Below the pieces are notes generated by a model. It was not told the DNA's origin, searched no databases, and saw only the letters and a list, made by a program, of their open reading frames with translations. From an uncultured Alphaproteobacteria bacterium (lineage in GTDB: Bacteria; Pseudomonadota; Alphaproteobacteria; RF32; CAG-239), in the NCBI GenBank assembly GCA_934277435.1, contig CAKQUE010000001.1, forward strand, positions 385,957 through 449,956: a DNA stretch of 64,000 bases, read 5' to 3'. Below, one piece after another: positions 9,398 through 19,425 of the stretch (its first letter is position 1; the number at the start of each line of letters is the position of its first letter). The position numbers and the translations under genes were made by a program.

Positions 9398-10765
9398 TTA
9401 TTTTTCTATGCCAGACATTTTTTGAGTTGTTGTAACCTTTTCTGATGACAACCCTCGGTTCTGCTTTTGTCTTTCATCTTCTGTTCGCGCAAACATGTTA
9501 CCAAAAGTACCTTTTTTTTCAACTTTGTTATAATAAGCTTTAAAACTTTCATCAGTAATTTTAATCTTTTCTTCTCTCATTAAACATTCAACTACGCGAT
9601 TTCTATTAATTGGAGTATCCGTAACATATTGTTTAAAAGCTTTTTCCATAGGCATTTTTTCAGCGTTTTCCAAATCATTATATAATTGTTTCTGCAACTC
9701 TTTGTTTTGACGCCACTCTTGAGGATTAGCCTGTTTATCGCTTGATATTTTATCAAAGATTGCTCCAGCCAGCACACGCCCTCTTATACTATGCTTTCCT
9801 ATCAATTTAGCCAAACTTTGAGGCATTTTCGGACAAATTCTCCAAGCTTTGCAACAATCTGATAATGTATGTTCATTTTCTATACGATCTTTTGATATTA
9901 CTAAACCGCCGTTATTAACAGCCTTAGCAATAGTTTGTCCAAAATTCATCATTTTTTGTGATTCATCAAGATATTTCATTGGACGCAATATAACTTTAAT
10001 CGGATTAACAAGAGGATTATCCAATTCTGGCTTAGCCTTTAAAATATAATCCAAAGCTTTGGAGGCAGCTGATAAAGAATATTCGGTATTTTTCGGTGAT
10101 TTTAGAGCTTTCATAAATATTTCAAATCTAGAATCTAACAATTCAGGTTTATATCTAGCTATATCGCCAAATGCACCATAAACTCTATCTAAGTGGTTTC
10201 CGTAAAAATCCTCTGAGGATTTTTTAAATCTATTAACAATAGTCTCCGGCGCCACACCATCAGCTTTTACCACTCTACCAACAGCTTTTTGGGCATATTT
10301 TTCTAATGAATTAGTCCCATCTTTATGCGAGTTTGAAGTTTCAATAATTGTATCAATAGCTTCATCCTTATAATCCCTCCCATAATGTTCATCATTTACA
10401 AAAGTCCAAGACACAGAATTAGTACCTAAAACTTTATATGCTTCAGCAAGAGAAGAGGCATCATTTTTAGGTGATTTCATAGCCAGCATAAAGGTCTTAA
10501 ATGCGGAATCCAACGCTAACTTTCCTTCGGAAACAGCTATTATTTCTCCCAACGCGCGGTAATCAACGCTTAAACTTTGCGGATTACATTCTGCTGCTTC
10601 CACTCTCCCCTTAATTTCATCAATTTCTTTCTGCGGATCTTCTTCATCAAATCCTTCAAATCCTAAAGAATCTTTCTCATCATCAGAATGATACTTATTA
10701 TATTGATCATTATAATACGCATCTTCTTTATTTAAATATTCAAAATAATCATTCACATCAAACAT
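9398..10765 (-). CDS. Hypothetical protein with two internal repeat modules
   Basis: 455 aa, acidic N-terminus. Repeats DSAFKTFMLAMKSPKND... and DSRFEIFMKALKSPKNT.... No known family recognised. Confidence 0.55.
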   Translation of the reverse strand: MFDVNDYFEYLNKEDAYYNDQYNKYHSDDEKDSLGFEGFDEEDPQKEIDEIKGRVEAAECNPQSLSVDYRALGEIIAVSEGKLALDSAFKTFMLAMKSPKNDASSLAEAYKVLGTNSVSWTFVNDEHYGRDYKDEAIDTIIETSNSHKDGTNSLEKYAQKAVGRVVKADGVAPETIVNRFKKSSEDFYGNHLDRVYGAFGDIARYKPELLDSRFEIFMKALKSPKNTEYSLSAASKALDYILKAKPELDNPLVNPIKVILRPMKYLDESQKMMNFGQTIAKAVNNGGLVISKDRIENEHTLSDCCKAWRICPKMPQSLAKLIGKHSIRGRVLAGAIFDKISSDKQANPQEWRQNKELQKQLYNDLENAEKMPMEKAFKQYVTDTPINRNRVVECLMREEKIKITDESFKAYYNKVEKKGTFGNMFARTEDERQKQNRGLSSEKVTTTQKMSGIEK

Positions 10766-10902
10766 TTTACATTCCCCTTGATTTACGTTTATTTAGTGCC
10801 ATTTTATACTTTTTTCAAATTTTTGTCAATTTTTTTCTAACGCAGAGGCAGCTTGCAAAAAAATAAAAACGCCACAATGTTTTACTCTGTTTAAGTATTC
10901 AG

Positions 10903-11295
10903 CTATTTTTCAATAATTACCACGGCTTGAGCAAACGGATAGTCGTCGCTCAAAGTTACAAAAGTCTGTGCGGTAACGCTGAGTTTTTGCAAATATGTAA
11001 AAGCCATGCCTCTGATCAACAATTCCGGCTTGCCTAAATCAGTGTGTAGAATTTGAATATCTTTTAGAAAAATGCCGTCACGAAAACCGGTGCCCAATGC
11101 TTTGACAAAAGCCTCTTTGGCGGCGTAGGCTTTCGCCAAACGGCAAGCCAGTTCCTTATAGGTGATGGCTCCGCGTGAATCCAATTCTTCAAGTTCTTCA
11201 TCTCCCATGATTTTTTGTTTGAAACGTTCTAAAAATTGCGGAGATTTTGCAATTCGTTCAATGTTTATGATGTCACAGCCTAAACCTAAAATCAT
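10903..11295 (-). CDS. acpS: Holo-[acyl-carrier-protein] synthase
   Basis: 130 aa. GxGxDI motif (LGLGCDIINIERI). Downstream of spoT as in many alphaproteobacteria. Confidence 0.9.
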   Translation of the reverse strand: MILGLGCDIINIERIAKSPQFLERFKQKIMGDEELEELDSRGAITYKELACRLAKAYAAKEAFVKALGTGFRDGIFLKDIQILHTDLGKPELLIRGMAFTYLQKLSVTAQTFVTLSDDYPFAQAVVIIEK

Positions 11296-11312
11296 TGTGG
11301 TGGTCCTTTTTT

Positions 11313-13451
11313 CTATTTGTTGGCACGAGAAACATAACTGATTGATTTTGCCGATTTCAAGGCTGTTACCAAGTTATTCAGCTGTTCCACGTTTTTAACT
11401 TCTATATCCAGCAAAATTTCAAAATAGCTCAAAGTACGGTAAGTAATGTTGAGGTTTATAATGTTGGAATTGGCTTTTGCCACAATGTTAGCCACATCGG
11501 CCAGCGCCCCAGGCTCATTGCTAATCATTAATTTCAAACGCGCGGTGTGTTTTTCGTTTTCGGCGTCTGCGCCCCAATCAATATCGAGCCAGCGTTCTGG
11601 TTCTTTTTCATAATTTTTGAGCGACGGACAATCTAAAGTGTGAACAGTCACGCCTTTACCGGTGGTCACAATACCAACAATTCTATCTCCTGGGACAGGG
11701 TGGCAGCAGCCGGCAAAATGCACGGCCATACCGTCAATCAGCCCACGGATTTTTAGGGCGTCTTTTTTCGCCTGTTCTTTTTTGAATACCGGCAGCTTGA
11801 TGGAACTTACCATTTTTTCGAGTTTGGATTGTTTATAGGCCGGATGTACGGCGCGCAACACGTCCCAACCGGTAACCAATCCTTCGCCTACTTTGGCATA
11901 AATATCGTCTACGGTTTCGGCTTCAAAATTAGAAAGAACATTGACCAAACCTTTTTCGGTAAACTCCTGTTCTTCCTGCTTAAACAGCTTTTCTAAAATT
12001 TCCTTGCCCAGTGTAATAAACTGCTCACGTTTATTGATACGGACATAGCGGCGGATTGCGGCTTTAGCCTTGCCAGTCACAACAAATCTGTCCCATTCTA
12101 GAGAAGGGTGTTGATTTTTTGCAGTTAAAACTTCCACTTGGTCGCCGTTTTGCAAAATGGTGCGTAGCGGTTTGATTTCTCCGTTAATTTTGGCGCCAAC
12201 GCAGGTGTCCCCCACATTAGAGTGCACAGCATAAGCAAAGTCAACCGGTGTTGAACCAACAGGCAGACCAATTAAATCGCCTTTTGGGGTAAAACAAAAA
12301 ACTTGGTCGTTGTACATTTCAAGCTTGGTGTTTTCCAAAAATTCATCAGGATTTTGCGCTTGATCCAAAATTTCCAGCAGCTCGCGAATCCAGCGGAAGT
12401 TTTTGCCTTCGGTGCGCTGTCCTTGTTTGTATGCCCAGTGTGCAGCTACACCTTTTTCATTGACTTCGTGCATTTCATATGTACGGATTTGCACTTCAAT
12501 CCGCACATCATAAGGGCCGATTACGCCGGTGTGCAAAGATTGGTAACCGTTTGGTTTTGGCGTAGAAATATAGTCTTTGAAACGGCGCGGCACCATGTGG
12601 TATTTACTATGGATAATGCCTAAAGCCTGATAGCAGTCCGCCACGGTATCAACACAGATGCGAAATGCCATAATATCGGAAAGCTGCTCGAAAGAAGCGT
12701 TTTTCAGCTGCATTTTGCGCCAAATAGAATACGGCGATTTTTCGCGTCCGGTGATGGTGCAGTGCACGCCGTTGTCAGCCATGTCTTTTTCCAGCTGCTT
12801 AATAATTTTCGGCACAATGTCATTGCCTTGCTCACGCAAAAAATTCAAACGGGCGACAATGGAGTCATGCGCGTCTTTATATAGTTCGGCAAAAGCGATT
12901 TCATCCATTTCTTCTTTGACTTCTTGCATACCGATACGTTCTGCCAGCGGGGCGTAAATATCCAAGGTTTCTTTGGCAATGCGGGCACGTTTTTCCGGCG
13001 GGCAAAAGTGCAGCGTGCGCATATTATGCAAACGGTCGGCCAGTTTAATCAGCAGCACGCGGATATCTTCCGACATGGCCAAAAGCAGCTTGCGGAAATT
13101 TTCGGCCTGTTTGCTGGAGCCGGATTTTTGTTCTATCATGGCTAATTTTGTCAGACCGTCAACCAGTTGAGCCACCTGATCGCCAAATAAATTGCGGATT
13201 TCATCAAGTGTGGTGTCGGTATCTTCCACCGTATCATGCAGCAATGCGGCAATAATAGATGCGCTATCAAGTTTGAATTTAGTCAGAATACCGGCGACTT
13301 CTATTGGATGAGAATAGTATGGATCGCCAGAAGTGCGCAGTTGCGAACCATGTTTTTTTAGGGCAAAAACATAGGCGCGGTTTAAAGCGTCCTCATCGGC
13401 GTAAGGATCATAAGATTTTACTAAATCAACAAGTTCATACTGTCTTAACAT
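11313..13451 (-). CDS. spoT: Bifunctional (p)ppGpp synthetase/hydrolase Rel/SpoT
   Basis: HD hydrolase motif (HDTVEDT), RelA/SpoT synthetase domain, TGS and ACT domains. 712 aa. Confidence 0.95.
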   Translation of the reverse strand: MLRQYELVDLVKSYDPYADEDALNRAYVFALKKHGSQLRTSGDPYYSHPIEVAGILTKFKLDSASIIAALLHDTVEDTDTTLDEIRNLFGDQVAQLVDGLTKLAMIEQKSGSSKQAENFRKLLLAMSEDIRVLLIKLADRLHNMRTLHFCPPEKRARIAKETLDIYAPLAERIGMQEVKEEMDEIAFAELYKDAHDSIVARLNFLREQGNDIVPKIIKQLEKDMADNGVHCTITGREKSPYSIWRKMQLKNASFEQLSDIMAFRICVDTVADCYQALGIIHSKYHMVPRRFKDYISTPKPNGYQSLHTGVIGPYDVRIEVQIRTYEMHEVNEKGVAAHWAYKQGQRTEGKNFRWIRELLEILDQAQNPDEFLENTKLEMYNDQVFCFTPKGDLIGLPVGSTPVDFAYAVHSNVGDTCVGAKINGEIKPLRTILQNGDQVEVLTAKNQHPSLEWDRFVVTGKAKAAIRRYVRINKREQFITLGKEILEKLFKQEEQEFTEKGLVNVLSNFEAETVDDIYAKVGEGLVTGWDVLRAVHPAYKQSKLEKMVSSIKLPVFKKEQAKKDALKIRGLIDGMAVHFAGCCHPVPGDRIVGIVTTGKGVTVHTLDCPSLKNYEKEPERWLDIDWGADAENEKHTARLKLMISNEPGALADVANIVAKANSNIINLNITYRTLSYFEILLDIEVKNVEQLNNLVTALKSAKSISYVSRANK

Positions 13452-13472
13452 CGAGCGTTATCCTGTTTCTAA

Positions 13473-13518
13473 ATACAAAAAAAGCAAAACATAAATAATA
13501 TATAATACGTTTTGCTTT
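13473..13518 (-). terminator. Hairpin between rpoZ and spoT (terminator or attenuator)
   Basis: Stem aaagcaaaac / gttttgcttt, with a T-run on the minus strand. Confidence 0.45.
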
Positions 13519-13545
13519 ATGAAATGTTAATTTTTTCGATGAAGA

Positions 13546-14022
13546 TTATAAATCGTCATCATCTCCCATACTATCGTCCAATGAGTCATCGCCCAAATCG
13601 GCGTCATCGTCAAAGTCAATGTCTGCGGTGTCCGAATCGAGATTTAAGTCAGCGTCATCATCGCCGCCGTGAACTTGCATAGAATCACTTAAATCTTCGT
13701 CGCTAATCATATCGCTGGAGAATTGACCGTCCATATCTGCCAATTCTTTTTCTGCCGCCAGAATTTCAACTTCTTCATCTTCCGGTTCTTCTACTTCAAC
13801 ATATTTTTGCTGACCCATAACCAAAGATTTTTGCAAGTCTTCAATACTAACTTTATTTTCGGCGATTTCACGCAAAGCAACAACAGAGTTTTTATCATTG
13901 TCGCGGTCTACGCAAAGCGGAGAGCCTGCAGCAATATCTCTTGCGCGTTGTGCCGCAACCATTACCAAGTCATAGCGGTTAGGAATCTTATCAATACAAT
14001 CTTCAACAGTAACTCTAGCCAT
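13546..14022 (-). CDS. rpoZ: RNA polymerase omega subunit with long acidic C-terminal tail
   Basis: N-terminus [30 protein letters not shown] is the canonical omega fold. The last 70 aa or so are poly-D/E. Confidence 0.9.
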   Translation of the reverse strand: MARVTVEDCIDKIPNRYDLVMVAAQRARDIAAGSPLCVDRDNDKNSVVALREIAENKVSIEDLQKSLVMGQQKYVEVEEPEDEEVEILAAEKELADMDGQFSSDMISDEDLSDSMQVHGGDDDADLNLDSDTADIDFDDDADLGDDSLDDSMGDDDDL

Positions 14023-14107
14023 TTTACATACCTTATTATTTAAAAGTTTTTCTGTTTAGAGTTTATACAAACTATCTGCTGTAAATGCAAGGATTTTTTT
14101 AATAAAT

Positions 14108-15355
14108 TTACGGCATAACCAGCGGAGAGCCCAAAATATTGGCGTTGAAAGGCAAAAGCTTTTCTCTTAGTCGGTCTACTTCAGGTCTTATGGCAGCAAT
14201 GTTTTCCGGCGTGCTGTCAAACATTTGTATGACCGCTTCAATAAAATATTTGTGGGTTTGTCTTTCTTGAGGAGTGTAATAAGAAAATTGATTTATCATT
14301 TTGTAGGCGTAGCCTTTTTTCAAAAGATTTAAGGTGGTGGTGTAGGCGTTGTTTTGACTGGCGGCGCGAAAAGCTTTTAGCGTTTTGTCGCAGGTGTAGG
14401 CCCAATCATCAAGCCCAAACGCCTGTGTGCCAATAACTTGTTGAAACTCGCTGCGGAGTCCTAGCCATTTTACTTTACGGGCAATGCTTTGGCACGGATT
14501 TACGGCGCTTTTTAAAAATGACACATTTTTATCAATACCGTTTTTTTCGTCCCAATAAGATATTAGTCCGCCGATGGCAATAAAATCTATTTCATGGCGG
14601 CCGCTGCGTTGAAAATTCTGTAATCCGTCCAGAGTATCAATAAAGGCGGAAACATCAGCGGTGGAGAGTGGAGTGTTTTGGTCTGCGTTATAATGGCGAT
14701 AATTGTTCTTTTCTTTTTTTTGCGGAGCATTCAAAGCAAAATCTTGGGCAGGTACTTTTTCTGCCAATCGGTCTAAAAATGCTCTTTTGATGCGGACAGC
14801 CGGTATGTTTGGACGATGGCTTGATGGTTGCGGAAATTCTAGAGAGCCGGTATTTTCGCCAAAAATCTGCGGCATTAGATAGATATACAGTTCTGGTGAA
14901 ACAAATTCTATGTTTGGTATTTGGGATAACTTGGAGGCTATGCGTTTAGGAAATTGGTGTTTTGTACCTTTTATCCCCGGTAAGTCCAAAATTTTTCCCG
15001 ATAAGCCAGGAACTTTGTATAGCATTGGACCGATATACGGATAAAAAACCGGCGGAATACGTTTCAGTTCTTGTAATAATTTTTCTTCATCGGCACTGCT
15101 AATGCGTTTTTCGACGTTTCCAAAATATTGAATATTGGCGGAAAATTCTTTATCAAAAACCGGAGGAATATTCCAGCTGAAATCATAATGCCAATCATAA
15201 TCACTAACGCTTTTTCTATATTCTTTTTCTAGTTGCAGCTTGTTGGGAATATTTTCATCTGCCGGAACATCATAGATATGTGCAAATTCTTTGAGCTGGG
15301 CGAGGCAAGGCACATTTATCAGCATTAGGGCGATTATAAAAAAAACAAAGCGCAT
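14108..15355 (-). CDS. Secreted hypothetical protein
   Basis: N-terminal signal peptide (MRFVFFIIALMLINVPCLA). 415 aa. No recognisable domain. Confidence 0.55.
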   Translation of the reverse strand: MRFVFFIIALMLINVPCLAQLKEFAHIYDVPADENIPNKLQLEKEYRKSVSDYDWHYDFSWNIPPVFDKEFSANIQYFGNVEKRISSADEEKLLQELKRIPPVFYPYIGPMLYKVPGLSGKILDLPGIKGTKHQFPKRIASKLSQIPNIEFVSPELYIYLMPQIFGENTGSLEFPQPSSHRPNIPAVRIKRAFLDRLAEKVPAQDFALNAPQKKEKNNYRHYNADQNTPLSTADVSAFIDTLDGLQNFQRSGRHEIDFIAIGGLISYWDEKNGIDKNVSFLKSAVNPCQSIARKVKWLGLRSEFQQVIGTQAFGLDDWAYTCDKTLKAFRAASQNNAYTTTLNLLKKGYAYKMINQFSYYTPQERQTHKYFIEAVIQMFDSTPENIAAIRPEVDRLREKLLPFNANILGSPLVMP

Positions 15356-15489
15356 CTAAAATTCTCCTAGTGTCGTCAGTCTAATTGACATTTATTAAAA
15401 AAAAGTGATGAAGGTCCACTTTTTTATGGACATAAAATAAATAATTTTGTAAACCTTGGAAAGATAATAAAAAAATAAAGGAGTTTGAA

Positions 15490-15945
15490 ATGGCTTGGAC
15501 TGACGAAATGGTTGATAAACTTCGCCAAATGTGGACTGAAGGTAAGACTGCAACTGAAATTGCCAAAGAATTGGGTGTTACAAAAAATTCTATTGTGGGA
15601 AAAGTACACCGTTTGTGTTTGACTGCCAGACCTTCGCCAATTAAATCCAAAGATGAAGAACCGGTTGAAAAAGTAGAAGTTGAAAAAGAAATTCCGGAAG
15701 AAGTTGAAGAAAACGTAGAAGTGGTTGCAGAACCGGTAGAATCTGTAAAACCGGAAAAGACCGAAAAAAAACATAAAAGCAACTGTCATGTAAAGTTGGT
15801 TGAACTTGATAGCCACACTTGCCGTTGGCCGCTGGGCGATCCGCGTGACGAAGATTTTTGCTTTTGTGGCAAAAAAGTCCGTATGGGGCAAACCTATTGC
15901 GAAGAGCATGCCAACATGGCGTATGTTAAAGCCACAAAAAAATAA
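15490..15945 (+). CDS. gcrA: Cell-cycle transcriptional regulator GcrA
   Basis: N-terminus MAWTDEMVDKLRQMWTEGKTATEIAKELGVTKNSIVGKVHRL and C-terminus CRWPLGDP...CEEH are the GcrA signature. AAGGAG RBS. Confidence 0.9.
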   Translation: MAWTDEMVDKLRQMWTEGKTATEIAKELGVTKNSIVGKVHRLCLTARPSPIKSKDEEPVEKVEVEKEIPEEVEENVEVVAEPVESVKPEKTEKKHKSNCHVKLVELDSHTCRWPLGDPRDEDFCFCGKKVRMGQTYCEEHANMAYVKATKK

Positions 15946-16041
15946 TTTGTAAAAAAAATTAAGGAGGTTGGTTTTCAGCCTCTTTTTTTTATAAAATCAA
16001 AGCATATATTTCTCAAAAATTAAAAATAGAGGAAATATGCT

Positions 16042-17184
16042 ATGAAAAAAATTTTTGTTGGGACTTTGGGACTGCTATTGTTGAGCCAAACAGCTAACGC
16101 GATGCAGCCTTCTTTGGGTGAAGATTATTTATCTTTCAAAAATTGGCTGAACAAGGAATATAATCTTGATTACAGTTTAACTTATTCCGTTTTGGGGCAG
16201 CGTACTTCTCCAAGCGGCCGTAACAATGCCGTGCAATCTTATCTGTATCCGTCAATAACATGGACAACGTTTGAAAATGAATACGGCACAGGGGTTTTGA
16301 ATTTTGCGTATAATAGTATTTATTACGGTGGACATTCGGCGGAAGATATTCAAAACCGCAGCGGATTGGTGTCACCGATAAATGATTTTAATGCCTATGA
16401 GCAAAGTTTTGCTGGACTTTATTATACCTATCAATTTCCAAAACAATATAATTGGCTGACTTTGGGTGCAGGTCAATATAATTTGTTTATGTTTGATGGT
16501 ACGGACTATGACGGCAATCAGCAAGTAAATTTTTTGAATTTTTCTTTATCGCAAAACGGCAGCGCCACTTATTCTTCCGCCGGATTAGGCGCCTATTTGC
16601 AAGCGACGCCAGATGATTGGTCGTTTACGGCCGGTTTTCAAGACGCCACCAATATAGAAGCGCCAAGTATTCGGGTTAATCGCCTAAAGAAAAAGCATTT
16701 CACTACGTTTGGGCAAATTGGCTATAATCCGACAATTAAAGGTTTGGGGGCAGGGCAGTATTCGATTATGCTCTATAATCAACCGGCGGTGAAAGAACAG
16801 CCGCAAACGACAAACGGGTGGTCAATCAATATTCAGCAAAGTTTAAACGAAAAATTGGCCGTGTTTGCACGTCTTAACGGAGTTAGCGGACATGTTATTA
16901 CAACAAATCAGACTTATGCAGCTGGTATAGTGTATAATAATCCGTTGGAGCGCAATGAACTAGACCAAATCGGTTTGGCTTATGCTTATAATAAAATTGA
17001 TGAAAAAGCCGTTGGTTCCAAAACATATCATAAAGCCGAACAAATTGTGGAAGCCTATTGGGCTTGGGGAATTTCTAAATGGGCGACAATAACGCCGGAC
17101 TTCCAATTTTATATTAATCCGGCGCTTAATAAAAAGTCAGATTATGGCAGTGTGAGCTCGCTGCGATTGACAGTGTTTTTCTAG
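16042..17184 (+). CDS. Outer-membrane beta-barrel porin (OprB-like candidate)
   Basis: Signal peptide, alternating beta-strand-like pattern, C-terminal ...RLTVFF with terminal Phe. 380 aa. Confidence 0.45.
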   Translation: MKKIFVGTLGLLLLSQTANAMQPSLGEDYLSFKNWLNKEYNLDYSLTYSVLGQRTSPSGRNNAVQSYLYPSITWTTFENEYGTGVLNFAYNSIYYGGHSAEDIQNRSGLVSPINDFNAYEQSFAGLYYTYQFPKQYNWLTLGAGQYNLFMFDGTDYDGNQQVNFLNFSLSQNGSATYSSAGLGAYLQATPDDWSFTAGFQDATNIEAPSIRVNRLKKKHFTTFGQIGYNPTIKGLGAGQYSIMLYNQPAVKEQPQTTNGWSINIQQSLNEKLAVFARLNGVSGHVITTNQTYAAGIVYNNPLERNELDQIGLAYAYNKIDEKAVGSKTYHKAEQIVEAYWAWGISKWATITPDFQFYINPALNKKSDYGSVSSLRLTVFF

Positions 17185-17205
17185 TTGAAATCTTTATAAA
17201 TAAAA

Positions 17206-17243
17206 ATACCGGCTGTTAATTAGTCGGTATTTTCATTTTTTTG
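17206..17243 (+). terminator. Rho-independent terminator
   Basis: ataccggctg...tagtcggtat hairpin followed by a T-run. Confidence 0.6.
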
Positions 17244-17304
17244 CTTTACTTTAGGTAAAAAATAGAGGATTACTAGACCTACAATATTTTTTTGTAATTT
17301 TGAG

Positions 17305-17841
17305 GTGGATATGTTAAAATTTAGACACATGTTATTTGTGTTAGCCTTGGCCGGCTGTACTTCTTCAGAAGTAAAAATGATGCCAGGGATTGTACCGAAC
17401 ACGGCAAAAGAAAAACAAGTGGTGAAAGTTATGCCTAATAATATTATCGGTGAAGTTGAACCAATTTATTTACTGCCGATGAAATCTCCGTTTATGTCAC
17501 GTATTGATACCGGAGCAACTACATCTTCTTTAGATGCCGAAGATATTAAGCCGTTTGAACGTGACGGTCGTAGATGGGTTTCATTTACGGTGGTAAATCG
17601 TGCAACTCAAGAAAAATATACTTTTGAAAAGCCTTTGATTAAAAATGCAAAAATCAAACGAATCGGCGAAAGAGAAAAACGTCCGATGGTAGAAATGGAA
17701 GTGCGTATGGGCAAAGACGTTTTCAGAGCAAACTTTACAATTGCCGAGCGTGAAAAGTTTGAATATCAGACTTTGGTGGGGCGAAATGTGCTTTATGGTC
17801 GTGCCATTGTTGATGTGACATTATCAAACACCCTGAAATAG
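17305..17841 (+). CDS. Retropepsin-like (clan AA) aspartic protease lipoprotein
   Basis: Lipobox LAGC. Catalytic-type motif IDTGATTS. About 178 aa. First gene of the three-gene cassette. Confidence 0.6.
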   Translation: MDMLKFRHMLFVLALAGCTSSEVKMMPGIVPNTAKEKQVVKVMPNNIIGEVEPIYLLPMKSPFMSRIDTGATTSSLDAEDIKPFERDGRRWVSFTVVNRATQEKYTFEKPLIKNAKIKRIGEREKRPMVEMEVRMGKDVFRANFTIAEREKFEYQTLVGRNVLYGRAIVDVTLSNTLK

Positions 17842-17888
17842 GGCAAAAGGCAGAAATTTCTGCCGATTTTTGTTTAAGGATTTGAACT

Positions 17889-19424
17889 ATGCTTAGAAAA
17901 ATTATTTCTGTTCGCGGAATTTTGACCTTGCTGTTGTTATTGTCGGTTGTAGCTGCCGCAGCGGCTACATATTATAAGATTGTTTATTGGGGATTCAGTT
18001 TCCGTCCGCAGGAACGTACAGATGTGTGGACGGTAGATGCTCATGTTTCATTTAAGCCGACAGGTGACCCGATAGAAGTTTCGCTTTCTACACCGCGAAT
18101 CAGCAAAGAATATAAAATTTTGAGCGCCGATGTGGTGGCTCCGGGGTATGAAGTTAATACCGATGAAAAAAATCATCGTGTGATAATGAAGTCTGCCGCT
18201 CGTGTTGTAAAGCAAGATGTTTATTACCGTATTATGATTTATGATAATGAAGATACCAGTGGTAAGGAAGTCAGCGATAGACCTGCTGATGTAAAAATTC
18301 GCTATGATGATGAACAGCAAGAAGAAATGGTGAAAGCCATTTGGACTTTGGCCGAGGCTAAAGATGGCGAAACCAAGGCTCAGCGTTTAATTTCCGTTTT
18401 GAATGAGCAGCCGTTGGCGCCTGAGGTAGATTCATTTTTACCGGTACAGAAAAATCCGCAGATTATGGCGGAAAAAATTATTTTTTTATTGAATGCTAAA
18501 AAAATTCCGGCTCGTGTGGTGCGCGGAGTTAAACTTAGTGAAAATAAAAGAGCCACCGGCGCCGATTTAATGGTTGAAGCCTATGAAGGTTCTAAATGGA
18601 AAATCTATGATATTAATACCGGAAAATCAGGCTTGCCGAAAAGCTTTGTGATTTTTCAACGCGGTGGAAATTCTCTTTTAGACGTTGCCGGCGGCTATGA
18701 TTCCAAAGTTAAGTTTTCGGTTATAAAATCGGTTGTTTCTTCATTTAAAATGGCTGGCAGCCGCGCTAAATATGAAAACAGCCGCTGGTTTGACTTTACG
18801 ATTTATAATTTACCGTCTTTGGAACAGAACACTTTGAAGTGGTTGATGATTTTTCCTTTGGGGATTTTATTGATTGTGCTGATGCGTAACGTTATTGGTA
18901 TTCAAACTATGGGTACGTTTACGCCAATGTTGATTTCTATGTCTTTGGTTAAAACCGGATTTCTCCCAGGGTTGGTGTGTTTTGGGCTGATTATCGGAAT
19001 CGGTTTGTTAATCCGCACCATGCTGACACGCTTGAATTTGTTGCTGGTACCAAGAATTTCATCGGTGGTTATCTGCGTGATTTTAATTATGCAGATGCTG
19101 ACGATTATGGGTTACCAATATAACTTCAGCATTGCTTCTTCAGCCGTGTTTTTCCCGATTATTATTACGGCGTGGATTATTGAACGCGCGTCTATCACTT
19201 GGGAAGAAGAAGGCGTTAAAAACGCAGTTCGTCAGATAGTAAACAGTTTGTTTGTGGCGATTGTAACATATGGTGTTATTAGCAACGAATATATCCGCCA
19301 TATTATGTTTGCTTTCAACGAGTGGAATTTGGTGATTTTGTTTGTGGTAATGCTTTTGGGTACATATACTGGTTATCGTTTAACGGAACTGAAAAGATTC
19401 GCGCCGGTAGCAAGGGGGAAATAA
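17889..19424 (+). CDS. Periplasmic transglutaminase-like domain fused to a 7TM membrane domain
   Basis: Signal/anchor sequence, a soluble region of about 300 aa, then seven predicted hydrophobic helices. Tightly linked to the flanking genes. Confidence 0.6.
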   Translation: MLRKIISVRGILTLLLLLSVVAAAAATYYKIVYWGFSFRPQERTDVWTVDAHVSFKPTGDPIEVSLSTPRISKEYKILSADVVAPGYEVNTDEKNHRVIMKSAARVVKQDVYYRIMIYDNEDTSGKEVSDRPADVKIRYDDEQQEEMVKAIWTLAEAKDGETKAQRLISVLNEQPLAPEVDSFLPVQKNPQIMAEKIIFLLNAKKIPARVVRGVKLSENKRATGADLMVEAYEGSKWKIYDINTGKSGLPKSFVIFQRGGNSLLDVAGGYDSKVKFSVIKSVVSSFKMAGSRAKYENSRWFDFTIYNLPSLEQNTLKWLMIFPLGILLIVLMRNVIGIQTMGTFTPMLISMSLVKTGFLPGLVCFGLIIGIGLLIRTMLTRLNLLLVPRISSVVICVILIMQMLTIMGYQYNFSIASSAVFFPIIITAWIIERASITWEEEGVKNAVRQIVNSLFVAIVTYGVISNEYIRHIMFAFNEWNLVILFVVMLLGTYTGYRLTELKRFAPVARGK

Positions 19425-19425
19425 G

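Noticed and set aside
12303-13170. Several 65-106 aa plus-strand ORFs inside spoT
   Set aside because: They lie antisense within a well-supported 712-aa Rel/SpoT gene and have no RBS or family resemblance. These are ordinary shadow ORFs.
15381-15909. Two minus-strand ORFs (133 and 161 aa) overlapping gcrA
   Set aside because: They are antisense to a clearly recognisable GcrA gene. Their low-complexity translations (STSST..., FFNFF...) are typical of reading an AT/GA-rich coding strand backwards.
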